A DNA stretch of 36,909 nucleotides from IMG/VR virus record IMGVR_UViG_3300045988_177880, positions 1 to 36,909 of that record. The stretch is one strand, 5' to 3'. The stretch is from a virus. This document shows positions 26,081-35,400 of the stretch, piece after piece. Below the pieces are notes generated by a model, which made no database searches, had not been told where the DNA came from, and saw only the letters and a program-made list of their open reading frames with translations. The number at the start of each line of letters is the position of its first letter. The first letter of the stretch is position 1. Position numbers and translations under genes: made by a program.

Positions 26081-26895
26081 GTCTCGGATTTATCCGTGAC
26101 GTCGATGCCGAGCGCAGACAGTTCGGCTGCGACTTCCGGCGTAAACTTTCCACCGAGGTCACGGATGACAGCGACGCAGGCGCGGCACTTGGTGTTGGCA
26201 AGAGCGCGGCGATCGTCGGAGACATCTGCAGTCGAGGCCACCTTCTTGTATTTGCCGAGGGTCTTGCGTGCAGCCGACAGTCGTCGGGCCTCCTCGTCTG
26301 TACGTACAGCGGACAGTGGAGGAGTTGCCGATGCCGGCAGTGCGGAGTGCCCCGGCAAATACCCGTCGTACTGCTCAAGCGCATGGCGATATTGTTTGTC
26401 AAGTTCGTCAAGCATCTGCAACTTCTCGAAGCGGTCGCACGGCTCTTGATCTGCCATCGCTTTGAGTTCGTTGAAGAGCAGTACGATTTTGCGGTAGCGT
26501 GTCGCGTTGCCGTCCCATAAAGCCTGTATCTCAGGTGGCAAGCTGTCGTGGTCGGCACGGCGGCCACGGGCGGTATGAGCCTCCGGCAATTCGTCATCGG
26601 ATGAGATTGTGGGAGGTGTGGCCACCGTAGAGGCAACGCGAGGCATTACTTCCGCTTCCATATGCACGACATCTGCGACACTCATATTGTGCAGTCTGAT
26701 GCGCAGGTGCTTGCGTAACTCGTATTCGAGCTTTGACATATACTTACCGGGATTTCGGACAAGCGTATTATATAGCGCCTTATTGCGGTTGAGCGATCGT
26801 AGCATCGCGGCGCCGCGCATAAAATCGCGGTCGGCAGGGCGTGCGTTGAGCCAGTCCTGCATTTCCTGTGTAAGTTTTGGGTCAAGATTCGTCAT
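26077..26895 (-). CDS. Hypothetical protein
   Basis: 272 aa from MTNLDPK. Its stop overlaps the HKD gene start by 4 nt. Confidence 0.5.
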   Translation of the reverse strand: MTNLDPKLTQEMQDWLNARPADRDFMRGAAMLRSLNRNKALYNTLVRNPGKYMSKLEYELRKHLRIRLHNMSVADVVHMEAEVMPRVASTVATPPTISSDDELPEAHTARGRRADHDSLPPEIQALWDGNATRYRKIVLLFNELKAMADQEPCDRFEKLQMLDELDKQYRHALEQYDGYLPGHSALPASATPPLSAVRTDEEARRLSAARKTLGKYKKVASTADVSDDRRALANTKCRACVAVIRDLGGKFTPEVAAELSALGIDVTDKSET

Positions 26896-26993
26896 AATAT
26901 TTAATTTATAGGCGCGACGACAGGCCAACTCTAAGCCCGCAGTCGCGCCTACTGAAGATTATATACTGTGCTAAGTCAGTCCTATTATTGGTA

Positions 26994-27602
26994 TCAACCG
27001 CCGACTGCAACTTCGACTTCGCCGGTGGCGCAATCGATGGTGCCATCTTCAGTCACGAGTTTGCCTACATAATAGGGAGACGGGCATACATCGGTGACGG
27101 TTATTTCGAGTGTTGTACCGCTGGCGTCAGTCACGGACATACCGCTGTCTTGGGACGGCTTGGTATTGGTCTCGAACATCTCGTTGCCGACGATACGCCA
27201 CTGGCCGTCACGCTGCTGAATTGCGTAAACTATGTCGTCGGAGTTGGCCATACGGCAGAAGCCCGTGGCATCCGGGCCGACACCGGCATACTTGATGGTG
27301 GCGGTGTTGTTAAACGTCTTGGATGGTTCATCTCCTTGGCTCTCGGCCTTGACGTTGCTTGCAGTAGCGAGCAGATCAATGCGACGCCATTTGGCATCGG
27401 CAGCGAGGGCGAAGTCACCTTTGTAGGTGGCTATTGACGCCATCGTGGCATCTTTGTCGCCGGGCTTGGCGAGAGTGGGGAACGTATCAATCAGACTCTT
27501 GGGCATAAAATATGCCTTGGGTCGAAGACCTGGGAGTGTAGTCTCCCCTTTGCAAAAGGTCAGGCTCTCATAGAGGTTGACCGTGGTACATTTGGTTGTC
27601 AT
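26994..27602 (-). CDS. Virion structural protein, possibly the major tail (tube) protein
   Basis: 202 aa. The pattern ESQGDEPSKTFNNTATIKYAGVG...DDIVYAIQQRDGQWRIVGN...SGMSVTDASGTTLEI resembles siphovirus tail-tube proteins. Its position right after the capsid gene would also fit a decoration protein. Confidence 0.35.
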   Translation of the reverse strand: MTTKCTTVNLYESLTFCKGETTLPGLRPKAYFMPKSLIDTFPTLAKPGDKDATMASIATYKGDFALAADAKWRRIDLLATASNVKAESQGDEPSKTFNNTATIKYAGVGPDATGFCRMANSDDIVYAIQQRDGQWRIVGNEMFETNTKPSQDSGMSVTDASGTTLEITVTDVCPSPYYVGKLVTEDGTIDCATGEVEVAVGG

Positions 27603-27621
27603 CTTCTCAGTCTTTTAAGTG

Positions 27622-28644
27622 TTAGTTGCCGATTTTTCCTCCTTGATCGTCTGTCGGAGGCGTAGCGGCTTTGAACTTGCCGACAAGCAGGCGTTCGGGC
27701 GACACGCTTTCAAAGTCGACGCCGAAGAACATAGTGGCCACGAATTGGAGGACGAAAGCAGCATGTTTTTCGACAACGATGTTCTCGAGGTTGGACATCT
27801 GGTCTGTGCCGATGAGCATATTGACTTTGGACGACAGCTGGATGTAGTCCGACTTTGCCTTGCCGGCCATAGGTACGAGCGTGATGTTGGGGAAGCCCTC
27901 GACGACAGTTTGGTTGAACTTGTCGTATATAGGAGATTGGCCGGTGGTAGTCTTGTAGTCATCGCGGTAAGCGTATACCAGCGAACGAGGAACAAAGAGA
28001 TTGAGCTGGCCTCCTTGGCTGTCTGCTCCATCCTCGTAGTCGAGCAATTCGTCCGAAGCTGCTCGGCAGAATGCCACGATGGCATCAACTGCGTTGTCTG
28101 AGGTTATGGCTTCGCTGAACTCATAGAGGTTGCCCTTGTCTACGGCGATATTGCCGGCGGTAATCTCTTTGCCGGTGATTGTGTCGATACCATCGAATAG
28201 GTCAACGGTCTTGGTGCCGGAATCGTTACGTACCGCGTCAAATAGGTGCTGGGCAAAGCCCTGGCCTATTTTGGCAGACAGGAATGCCAGCACCTGGCGG
28301 ACGATGTCGGTGTCCTTGAGACCCTCGCCTGAAGTGATGGACGATCCGTATATAGATTGAGCCACCGAGTTGGGCGAGAACTCCTTGATAACCGAGCCGA
28401 AGTAGGTGCGCAGCGTGCGCCCGGCAACGGATACACCGGTGGAATCCACACGGCTCTCTGAATAGGGTCCCATCTCGATAGCTCCGGCGAGCTGACCGAC
28501 GGTTTCCGAATAGCGGATGCCTGTGCGGAGGGTGAAGTAATTGAGTGCAGGGCCGAGTGCAAGCACCGGCATCTGTAGAAGCTCTTTGCGGTAGAGGGCT
28601 GCCGACTTGGCAAGCGCCTCGGGGGTGATAGTTACGTTAGGCAT
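27622..28644 (-). CDS. Major capsid protein (HK97 fold, P2 gpN-like)
   Basis: 340 aa, directly after the protease/scaffold with a TAATG overlap. The C-terminal DYIQLSSKVNMLIGTDQMSNLENIVVEKH parallels the P2 gpN C-terminus. Confidence 0.75.
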   Translation of the reverse strand: MPNVTITPEALAKSAALYRKELLQMPVLALGPALNYFTLRTGIRYSETVGQLAGAIEMGPYSESRVDSTGVSVAGRTLRTYFGSVIKEFSPNSVAQSIYGSSITSGEGLKDTDIVRQVLAFLSAKIGQGFAQHLFDAVRNDSGTKTVDLFDGIDTITGKEITAGNIAVDKGNLYEFSEAITSDNAVDAIVAFCRAASDELLDYEDGADSQGGQLNLFVPRSLVYAYRDDYKTTTGQSPIYDKFNQTVVEGFPNITLVPMAGKAKSDYIQLSSKVNMLIGTDQMSNLENIVVEKHAAFVLQFVATMFFGVDFESVSPERLLVGKFKAATPPTDDQGGKIGN

Positions 28645-29582
28645 TATAGCAGATTTTTAATGTCATTATACATATTGATCGCGCTCGGCGCGGCAGTGTC
28701 GTTGACGCCGTCAACGGCTGCGGTGTCATCGCCCGGCGCGTTTTGGAGTGCGACGACCTGTGCGGTCAGTTCCGCGATAGTCTTGTCGCGCTCGGCAATA
28801 GTAGTATCCTTGTCGGATGCTGCCGTCTCGGCACTGGCCGCATCGCGGACGTGGGCTTCGAGACGGGCAAAGTCTTCGGCACGCAGGGTGACGTCTCCAT
28901 CTTGATCGGCGACGATAGTCTCCATGCCGAGGACGTTCGCGATGTGCGAAAAATCGTACTTTTCCACTTTCTTAGTCATTACTTGTTGGTTAATAATCGG
29001 AGGAAGACCGAGAGCTGTGACGCGGTTACCCAATGTTTCTGCCGTTGACAGTGTCTCGTCGGTGACTTCGGAGACTTCGTCAATAAGGCCGAGAGCGAGG
29101 GCATCATCAGCATTGAGCCATTTCCCCTCTTTGAGTATGGCCAGGATGTCGGACACCGGCTTGCCACACCTCTTGGCATATATGTTGGCGAGTATTACAT
29201 CAGTCTTCTCCGCATCTTGCTTCGCCGTGGTCAGCCGTTGCATCAGGTCGGCCATTTCATCCGCATTGTATCTTCCCCAAGCGTCTACGAATAGAGAGCA
29301 TTTATGCACGAGTATCAGTGCATATTTGCTCATCACAATCTTCTTTGCGCCTGTAGCAATAATCGTTGCAGCCGATGCCGAGAACCCGGTGTAGTACACT
29401 GTCACGTCTCCATGGTCGATAAACTGCTGCCGGATGTCGAGCGCGTGCGCGACATCGCCGCCGAGCGAAGAAATTTTAACATCGACATGTTGGCCGCGAT
29501 AGCGATCGAGTACCGAACGGATGTACTGCATAGAGTATCCGTACTCGCCAATCGTATAGTCTATGATTAGTTGGTATTGCAT
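28644..29582 (-). CDS. ClpP-like head maturation protease fused to a coiled-coil scaffold region
   Basis: ISSLGGDV and GFSASAATIIATG (Ser nucleophile context) are followed by LVHK. The C-terminal third is A/D/T-rich coiled coil. Confidence 0.85.
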   Translation of the reverse strand: MQYQLIIDYTIGEYGYSMQYIRSVLDRYRGQHVDVKISSLGGDVAHALDIRQQFIDHGDVTVYYTGFSASAATIIATGAKKIVMSKYALILVHKCSLFVDAWGRYNADEMADLMQRLTTAKQDAEKTDVILANIYAKRCGKPVSDILAILKEGKWLNADDALALGLIDEVSEVTDETLSTAETLGNRVTALGLPPIINQQVMTKKVEKYDFSHIANVLGMETIVADQDGDVTLRAEDFARLEAHVRDAASAETAASDKDTTIAERDKTIAELTAQVVALQNAPGDDTAAVDGVNDTAAPSAINMYNDIKNLL

Positions 29583-29646
29583 ATATCTACTCTACAAATA
29601 AGCTATAACGCAAAGGTATCTTGCTATTTATCTGCATAAAAAGACC

Positions 29647-30069
29647 CTAAGGTCTATCAAGTACCGGCATTAAGCCAAGAGTATCGGTGTATTCAATGGT
29701 CATCGTCCTGCCGGATTTGTCGTTCGTTCGGCCCGGCAGAACGTCCGTGGTGTTGACTATCGGATACGGATGACCGCTACCACCGATAAGGTACCAGCTG
29801 CCATCGGCGCATTTGGCCAGAAAAGCATAATGTTTGGTAGCCAAAACATTATCGTAAGCGGTGATGACCGTAAGAGTTGTTGTGTATAGTTTTGATTTCT
29901 TCTCGATCTTACTCGTCACCTCGGCGCTTGCCAGTCCGTATATTTCAAGATCCTGCCAGTCTCGCCAGTATTGCAGACGCACACCGATGCGAGGGATATA
30001 CACTAAGTTTTGCAGTTTGGATGTCTCGATATAGGAGACCGCCACGATGTTTTTTATCAAATTAGCCAT
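29647..30069 (-). CDS. Hypothetical protein
   Basis: 140-aa ORF upstream of the protease. No motif recognised. Confidence 0.55.
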   Translation of the reverse strand: MANLIKNIVAVSYIETSKLQNLVYIPRIGVRLQYWRDWQDLEIYGLASAEVTSKIEKKSKLYTTTLTVITAYDNVLATKHYAFLAKCADGSWYLIGGSGHPYPIVNTTDVLPGRTNDKSGRTMTIEYTDTLGLMPVLDRP

Positions 30070-30136
30070 ATTGTACTATATTGTTCGCGGCTGTATGCCG
30101 CTGTTTGTGTTTCTATTAAATCGAGTAGTTTATCTA

Positions 30137-30616
30137 TTAAATTTTCCCTGATTTTTTCTTTAGATCTATTCCTCGTTTTGCATAATCGTTGCGCATTCGG
30201 TAGTAGCATTGGCGGACGGCCTCGGCTCGGTCAATACCGATGCCGTTGGCTTCGCACCATGCCGCAATCATTTTGTTCAGTCCGCATGGGACAGCTTGCT
30301 CTCGCAATGGCGTGATCGCAGTCCAAAGAGTGCGTCGGAAAAGATCATCTATGGTTTCGGCGACTGCGGCCTTGCCGCATGGACCCATATAGTTGTAGTA
30401 CTCCGGGGGCTTGGCTTTGCTCGCCGGTATAGCAATGGCTGTTAAACCATCGCCACCGCAGTCCGGTGTAGTGCCCTTAGGCAGACGTTGAATATAAGCG
30501 CGAATTATCGCGTTTTGAGGCGACGAGTCCGGGAATACAACCGGGTCTCCGAGGCAGTGCGTCAGCCACTCCGCCTTGTACTTAGGAAGGTTGATGTAGA
30601 TAACGAATTTACTCAT
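30137..30616 (-). CDS. Hypothetical protein (first gene of the head/packaging operon)
   Basis: 159-aa ORF preceded by a -7 box. No motif recognised. Confidence 0.55.
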   Translation of the reverse strand: MSKFVIYINLPKYKAEWLTHCLGDPVVFPDSSPQNAIIRAYIQRLPKGTTPDCGGDGLTAIAIPASKAKPPEYYNYMGPCGKAAVAETIDDLFRRTLWTAITPLREQAVPCGLNKMIAAWCEANGIGIDRAEAVRQCYYRMRNDYAKRGIDLKKKSGKI

Positions 30617-30633
30617 AATGCTTTGTGTTTATG

Positions 30634-30641
30634 CAAAGATA
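30634..30641 (-). promoter_or_regulatory. -7 box TATCTTTG for the head/packaging operon
   Basis: TAnnTTTG on the minus strand, 18 nt upstream of the ATG at 30616. Confidence 0.5.
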
Positions 30642-30708
30642 GTAAATAATAGCGACATACCTACTATTTATACCGATGTTAATTTCAAAACATAACATAT
30701 ATTTTCCG

Positions 30709-30735
30709 TTCTACATGTTCTACACATTCTACACT
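30709..30735. repeat. Three tandem 9-bp iterons TTCTACAnn
   Basis: TTCTACA at 30709, 30718 and 30727. Confidence 0.85.
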
Positions 30736-30810
30736 TCGTGCTGTTTTACCTAATTTGTTTTTAATCAATAATATAAACGGTAAGGCTGACCCCGTACATC
30801 AATCAAAAGA

Positions 30811-30947
30811 TGTAGAAAAACAGGCCATTTTGTAGAACGATTCCGAATTTTTCTACATTTGTAGAATTTTGTAGAATGGTTTTTACTGAGTGTAGAATAC
30901 TTATTTTGTTGATTATCAGCTTTGTTGAAAGTGTAGAATGTGTAGAA
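30811..30947. repeat. Iteron field: seven TGTAGAA(T) copies plus one inverted copy
   Basis: TGTAGAA at 30811, 30831, 30860, 30870, 30891, 30932 and 30941. TTCTACA at 30851 forms the palindrome TTCTACATTTGTAGAA with the copy at 30860. Confidence 0.85.
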
Positions 30948-30986
30948 TGGAAAATCGGCTCAACTTTTTTTTTTGCAAATTGATAA

Positions 30987-31019
30987 GCAAAAAACAAGGC
31001 CAGCCTTTTCGGCTGACCT
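30987..31019 (-). terminator. Intrinsic terminator of the early operon
   Basis: On the minus strand: AGGTCAGCC-GAAAA-GGCTGGCCT (one mismatch) followed by UGUUUUUUGCUU. Confidence 0.65.
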
Positions 31020-31073
31020 AATTTATTGTATAGGGTTTGGCTATATCTAAAAAAAAGTTTTTTGTCTGATTAT

Positions 31074-31105
31074 TTTGCAGGGTATTGGAAAACTATGTAT
31101 ATTTG
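31074..31105 (+). promoter_or_regulatory. Bacteroidota-type promoter (TTTG-N20-TATATTTG) on the plus strand
   Basis: TTTG at 31074-31077 and TATATTTG at 31098-31105. No protein gene follows on this strand. Confidence 0.65.
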
Positions 31106-31109
31106 CATT

Positions 31110-31270
31110 GACGCGGAGATGTGGGGTCGGAACGGGCCGCCGCCCACCTTGAGAGGAATCTGTCGATGACATACTTTGTGGCCGGGAGAAACACCCGTGT
31201 AGGAAACCGCGGAAGCTGGTAAGTCCGTAACCCCAGCGTAGTCGCCAGCCGTTTCAGGCTGGCGATTTTT
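31110..31270 (+). ncRNA. Candidate structured small RNA of about 160 nt, class unknown
   Basis: Bounded by the promoter above and a canonical terminator. Internal complementarities are 31112-31116/31207-31211, 31121-31125/31143-31147, 31183-31186/31194-31197 and 31215-31219/31233-31237. The only plus-strand ORF is a 16-codon one (MWGRNGPPPTLRGICR). Confidence 0.5.
31242..31270 (+). terminator. Rho-independent terminator of the small RNA
   Basis: 9-bp stem TCGCCAGCC/GGCTGGCGA, loop GTTTCA, followed by TTTTT. Confidence 0.8.
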
Positions 31271-31799
31271 ATTTACCATTGTGTGTTACCCAGCGATGAA
31301 TCGTCCCGTTTTTTGTTATGACAAAAACATTAAGGCGCTTAGAATTTTTCTCTGAGTATTTTTCAATTCCTTTTTGGACGGTCTCTCGCGTGTGGCTGGC
31401 ATATTTCATATATACAACTGCGGCTGTTGCGCCAGGCTTATCTCGAGCGTGTTCTAAGCAGTTCTTAAAATTATTTACACTTCCACCCCTCGGTGTTGAT
31501 TGTTCAAATCCTGCTGTGAATATGTAGCCATCGGGAGTCTTTATCTGACCTGCTTCATCTTTGAGTATTACAACATATCCATTGTCGGCGAGATGTTTTG
31601 CCGCTTCAATTTCTTCGGGTTTATGTGTTGCCGTACTGTTTTCGATTACATAGTAACCTCCACCTTCACGGCTAAAATAACCATTCGAATATTTCCCTGA
31701 GTTCATTAAGTCGTTGTATTGTTTTTCGCGAGCGATATAATTTTTACTGCCGTTTGTTAATTTTCTACAGCCACCTGTTTTTTTAGTCATTTTTACCAA
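31269..31799 (-). CDS. Hypothetical protein, possibly a small nuclease/toxin-like domain (speculative)
   Basis: 176 aa. The core HKPEEIEAAKHLADNGYVVILKD...KTPDGYIFTAGFEQS...NCLEHARDK loosely recalls compact nuclease modules appended to MuF/polyvalent phage proteins. The start may be Met4 (31790). Confidence 0.45.
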   Translation of the reverse strand: MVKMTKKTGGCRKLTNGSKNYIAREKQYNDLMNSGKYSNGYFSREGGGYYVIENSTATHKPEEIEAAKHLADNGYVVILKDEAGQIKTPDGYIFTAGFEQSTPRGGSVNNFKNCLEHARDKPGATAAVVYMKYASHTRETVQKGIEKYSEKNSKRLNVFVITKNGTIHRWVTHNGK

Positions 31800-32391
31800 A
31801 TTTAGCGGTCATAAAGTCAGGGATATAAAGCAATGAGTTTCGAATGCAGAAATCACGAATAGTCGCGCCTCCTCCATAAACAATAAAATTGGGGGTTCTC
31901 TTTTGTGAAATAACTCGAGCCACAGATAATTCTCGTTCTAAGTCGTTTATCCGGCCGCATACACCCCGTGTAGCAAATGCGTTGTAGCCAGGGGGTATCC
32001 CCTTCATGTTTAATTGAGTGAATTTTGCGCTCACATTTAGGTCTGCATAAACGCATAACCCACATTCTTGATAATACCTGGCCAGCCATCTTTTTCGGTA
32101 TATGTGGTATATGCCTATTGCAAGTGGGGTGGTGTCAAATATTGAGTAATTTGGTTCAACGATTGCGCTTGCTTGATAAGTAAATATTTTTGCTGGTTTC
32201 TTCCATAATGACGAAAAACGATAGTCATCAACATAAAAATGAATAGTACGAGCTTCTTTCGTCCTGCGGCCTGCCCCATAAGGTGCAAAAGGAAGAATTA
32301 AGTTTCCTGCTTGTCGATCAAGCCGTAGACATGGAATCTCGTATCCATTGTCGCTTGGATAGAGATAGTCTTCGCATTCAAGTCTTTCCAT
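31783..32391 (-). CDS. DUF4417 domain protein
   Basis: IHFYVDDYRFSSLWKKP...IVEPNYSIFDTTPLAIGIYHIYRKRWLARYYQECGLCVYADL follows the DUF4417 consensus as I recall it. Confidence 0.7.
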   Translation of the reverse strand: MERLECEDYLYPSDNGYEIPCLRLDRQAGNLILPFAPYGAGRRTKEARTIHFYVDDYRFSSLWKKPAKIFTYQASAIVEPNYSIFDTTPLAIGIYHIYRKRWLARYYQECGLCVYADLNVSAKFTQLNMKGIPPGYNAFATRGVCGRINDLERELSVARVISQKRTPNFIVYGGGATIRDFCIRNSLLYIPDFMTAKFGKND

Positions 32392-32415
32392 TAGTCTTTT
32401 ATTGTAGAGGTATTA

Positions 32416-35400
32416 TCAGTCATCAATGGCTGTACCGTCAACCTCCAGGTTTATATTATAATTCTCCATAAGTAGCTGGTAGTCGAAGCACAGCGCCCAA
32501 TCAGTGCGAGATGTAGCCTGCACAGAAGGCATACCGCTTGCTCCGGTCACCGCCATAGTGCTTTCACGAACATTGGATAGGTTCTTGAAACGTACTGCGT
32601 ACTTCGTTCCGATGTATTCTTTGCTGTTTTCAAGGTAGAATCGTAGAGACTCCACGGGGAGTGTAGCGTCCCCGACAATCTTCCCATTCTTTTTATATAG
32701 CATCATAATACGCTTCGGGCATAGATATAATATTGGTCTGGCACGCTGCCACTCAATTTTATCGCGCATTCCCTTGCATCGGAATGAGGTCTCGTACTTG
32801 ATACGATAGTCTGCATCGATGAATACCTCTCCGTTCTGATGCAGATAGTCCACGACTGCCCAAAAGTTGGCAAGCTCGTTGGTGCTGCGACATTCGCGGT
32901 TCTGTCTGCGAATTCCCGCTACACACAACGCCAGCATATCTCGGTACGACCAAGCGACATCAACCACGCCTTCGAGCGTGCGGAATATTGCCAAAGGGAT
33001 TACCCAATTGCGCAATATTCGGTCCTCGACCATATCTCCGTCGACAGATGCGAGAATATCGGCAAGAGTAACTTTGTAGTTGCCGGCAAAATTAGCCTCG
33101 ACCCGCTTGCGATGCTTCAGTAGTTGCAATGTCAGATGACTGCATCCAAGGTTTCGCCATGTCTTAAGGTCGTCAAACTTGCGCTTCGCCTCAACCGAAA
33201 ACTCCGAGGTGTTGAACGTCAGGAATAACAGACGCGAAAAGATTGCAATGTCGATTGTCGGCATTTCCTGCCCTGAGAGTATCACGCCGCAGTCCACAGC
33301 CGTAGTCTCGCGCTTCTTGTCGCGATCCATATTCATACGAGTGCGCCCGACACCATCATACAGCCCTTTGATAAACTCGCGGCGATTGAGCTCTATACTA
33401 TTTTTGTATTCGTCAATATGTACGAGTGCATTGGCACATTGTGCAACCGTATCGGCCAAAGCGGCGTCTGTCGCTGAAGACAGGTTCGGCGGCTCGTTAT
33501 TAATGACAAAAAACGACATCAGCGAGTGCCCGAGCTCGGATTTACCCGAGCCCTTTGGCCCGAAAAGGTTAAGAATAGGGAAATTCTTGGTTACGGCAGT
33601 AACCACGTCCTTGAACAACGTCGCAAACAGGAAACATATACCGATCTTGGCGTTGTCTCCAAACACCGCGACCAACTTGTCCGTGTATTGACGCAGTGTG
33701 ATTTCGGACATAGTCGAGTGTATAAACTTCCGCTCGAACTGAAATAGTTTCCGCTCATTGCGGTATATTGATGATGCCGCAGGTAGGTAGTAATTACCAA
33801 CATCAGGCAACTTGACAATGCCATATTCATCGGCAGCCATCCATATACCATTATATAATACACCATTACCGAAAGCGAAGAAATCATCCTTTTGCCAGCC
33901 GAGCTGCGTCACCTCTGTCGCGGTCTCCGTTTGCTCGTATAGATACCCTTTGAGCTTTGTGAGATGATCATCCTTGGCCTTCCAGATATAGTTGCCGATG
34001 CCTTCGACCTTGAGTTTGAAACGCTGCAAGCTGACAAGATCCTCCTGCTTAAGCTCGACTATTTCCGTCTGTCGATTGATGTTTGTAATCTTATACAATC
34101 GTTTCGGCGATAACTGGTCTTTGATGTGGAATAGCGGCTGCATCACGAAGTTGCTCCACACCATCGGCTCGCCTTCCTTCGACAGCGAGTAATAATAGTT
34201 GTCTCGCTCGCAAAATCCGTATTTACGGTATAGCTCCTGATTGATAAGATTTCCATCATCGCTTCGCTTCTCGCCTTTTGTGATGACTGCGGAGACAGAA
34301 CTTTCGACGACTGCAGACGATACGCCAAAGACTTTCGCGGTTTGTCTGACCAACGCCTTGCGAGCGTCAGCATCGCCCATCTCGGCGAGTAGTTTTGCGA
34401 CCTCTTTCATTACCGGTGCGCGCTCGCTCGCCGTCTCCTTGCCGATGAGCAATTTCTCGGCATACCATGGCACGAAATCTTGCTTGTGTAATGAATCGAG
34501 GATGGCACGCGATGTGATGTAGCTGTCCGGATCTTGCTTATCCTTGCCTTGCGGAATTTCCTTGACAATTACGCGAAATCCATATCGGAGAGCCGCCAGT
34601 CCGTTCTTGATGACGGCAGCGATGCCCGGCCCATAGACGTCTCCGACTTTCTTCGGTGGATCGGCATCAGGAATAAAACATATTGTAGGATTATATCTGC
34701 GCAACTGGTCAAACTGAGACTGCGACCACTCGGTGCCAAGAGAAGCCACGGTATTAGCCACACCGATAGACTGTAATCGCATAACATCCGGGGCCCCTTC
34801 AACGAGGTATACAATCTCATCAGATGCAATCTGACGTGCAGCGGCGTTGAGGCCGAAAATAGTGTCTTTCTTTGAGTAGACAATGCTTGCCGGCGAATTG
34901 ATATATTTCGGTCCATTGTCATCAAGCGCTCGTGCCGTAAAACCTAATACCTGATTACTGCGTGACCTGATAGGAATCACGATACGGTTATAGTAGTAGT
35001 CTCTGACGTTACCTTTATCATCGCGGCGCAGCAGCCCGACCTCGACAAGTATGTCAGTGGACAGCCCTTTGTCCTTCGCGTAATCTCGGAAAGCTCCATG
35101 CCCGGGAGCATACCCTATGCACTGCTGCTGCACGTATCGCTCTCCCCATCGATTATTGGCGTACTCCTTTGCTCGCTGAGCATCTGTGTCATCAGCCGAC
35201 ATCCGAGATACATAATATTCCATTGCAACGCGATTTGCATGTAGCATCGCTTCGCGCTTTTGATTAGCAGCCGCATCGGCTGCTGTTTGCGCGGAAGCCT
35301 TGTATTCAATTGTTATGCCGGATTTATTCGCAAGATACTCCACTGCTTCGCGGAAAGTCATGCCTTCAACTGTCATCAAGAAGTCAATGGCGTTGCCTCC

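Noticed and set aside
25825-26636. 231-aa plus-strand and 217-aa minus-strand ORFs overlapping 25592-26895
   Set aside because: These are shadow frames with Arg/Ser/Cys/Pro-rich composition. The chosen frames are translationally coupled to their neighbours, and one carries the HKD motif.
30709-30947. Possible CRISPR array
   Set aside because: The repeat unit is only 7-9 bp. Spacings are irregular (2-34 bp). Copies occur in both orientations. No cas genes are present. These are iterons, not CRISPR repeats.
30803-30997. 64-aa ORF across the iteron field
   Set aside because: Its sequence is just the translated TGTAGAA repeats and the poly-A/T run (FYIF..., KKK). It has no start context.
31070-31279. 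69-aa minus-strand ORF, and a possible TPP-riboswitch identity for the small RNA (UGAGA and CCAGCGUAG-like strings)
   Set aside because: The ORF starts inside the 176-aa gene and has no hydrophobic or otherwise recognisable character. The riboswitch resemblance is limited to two short strings, the helices do not line up, and there is no downstream regulated gene.
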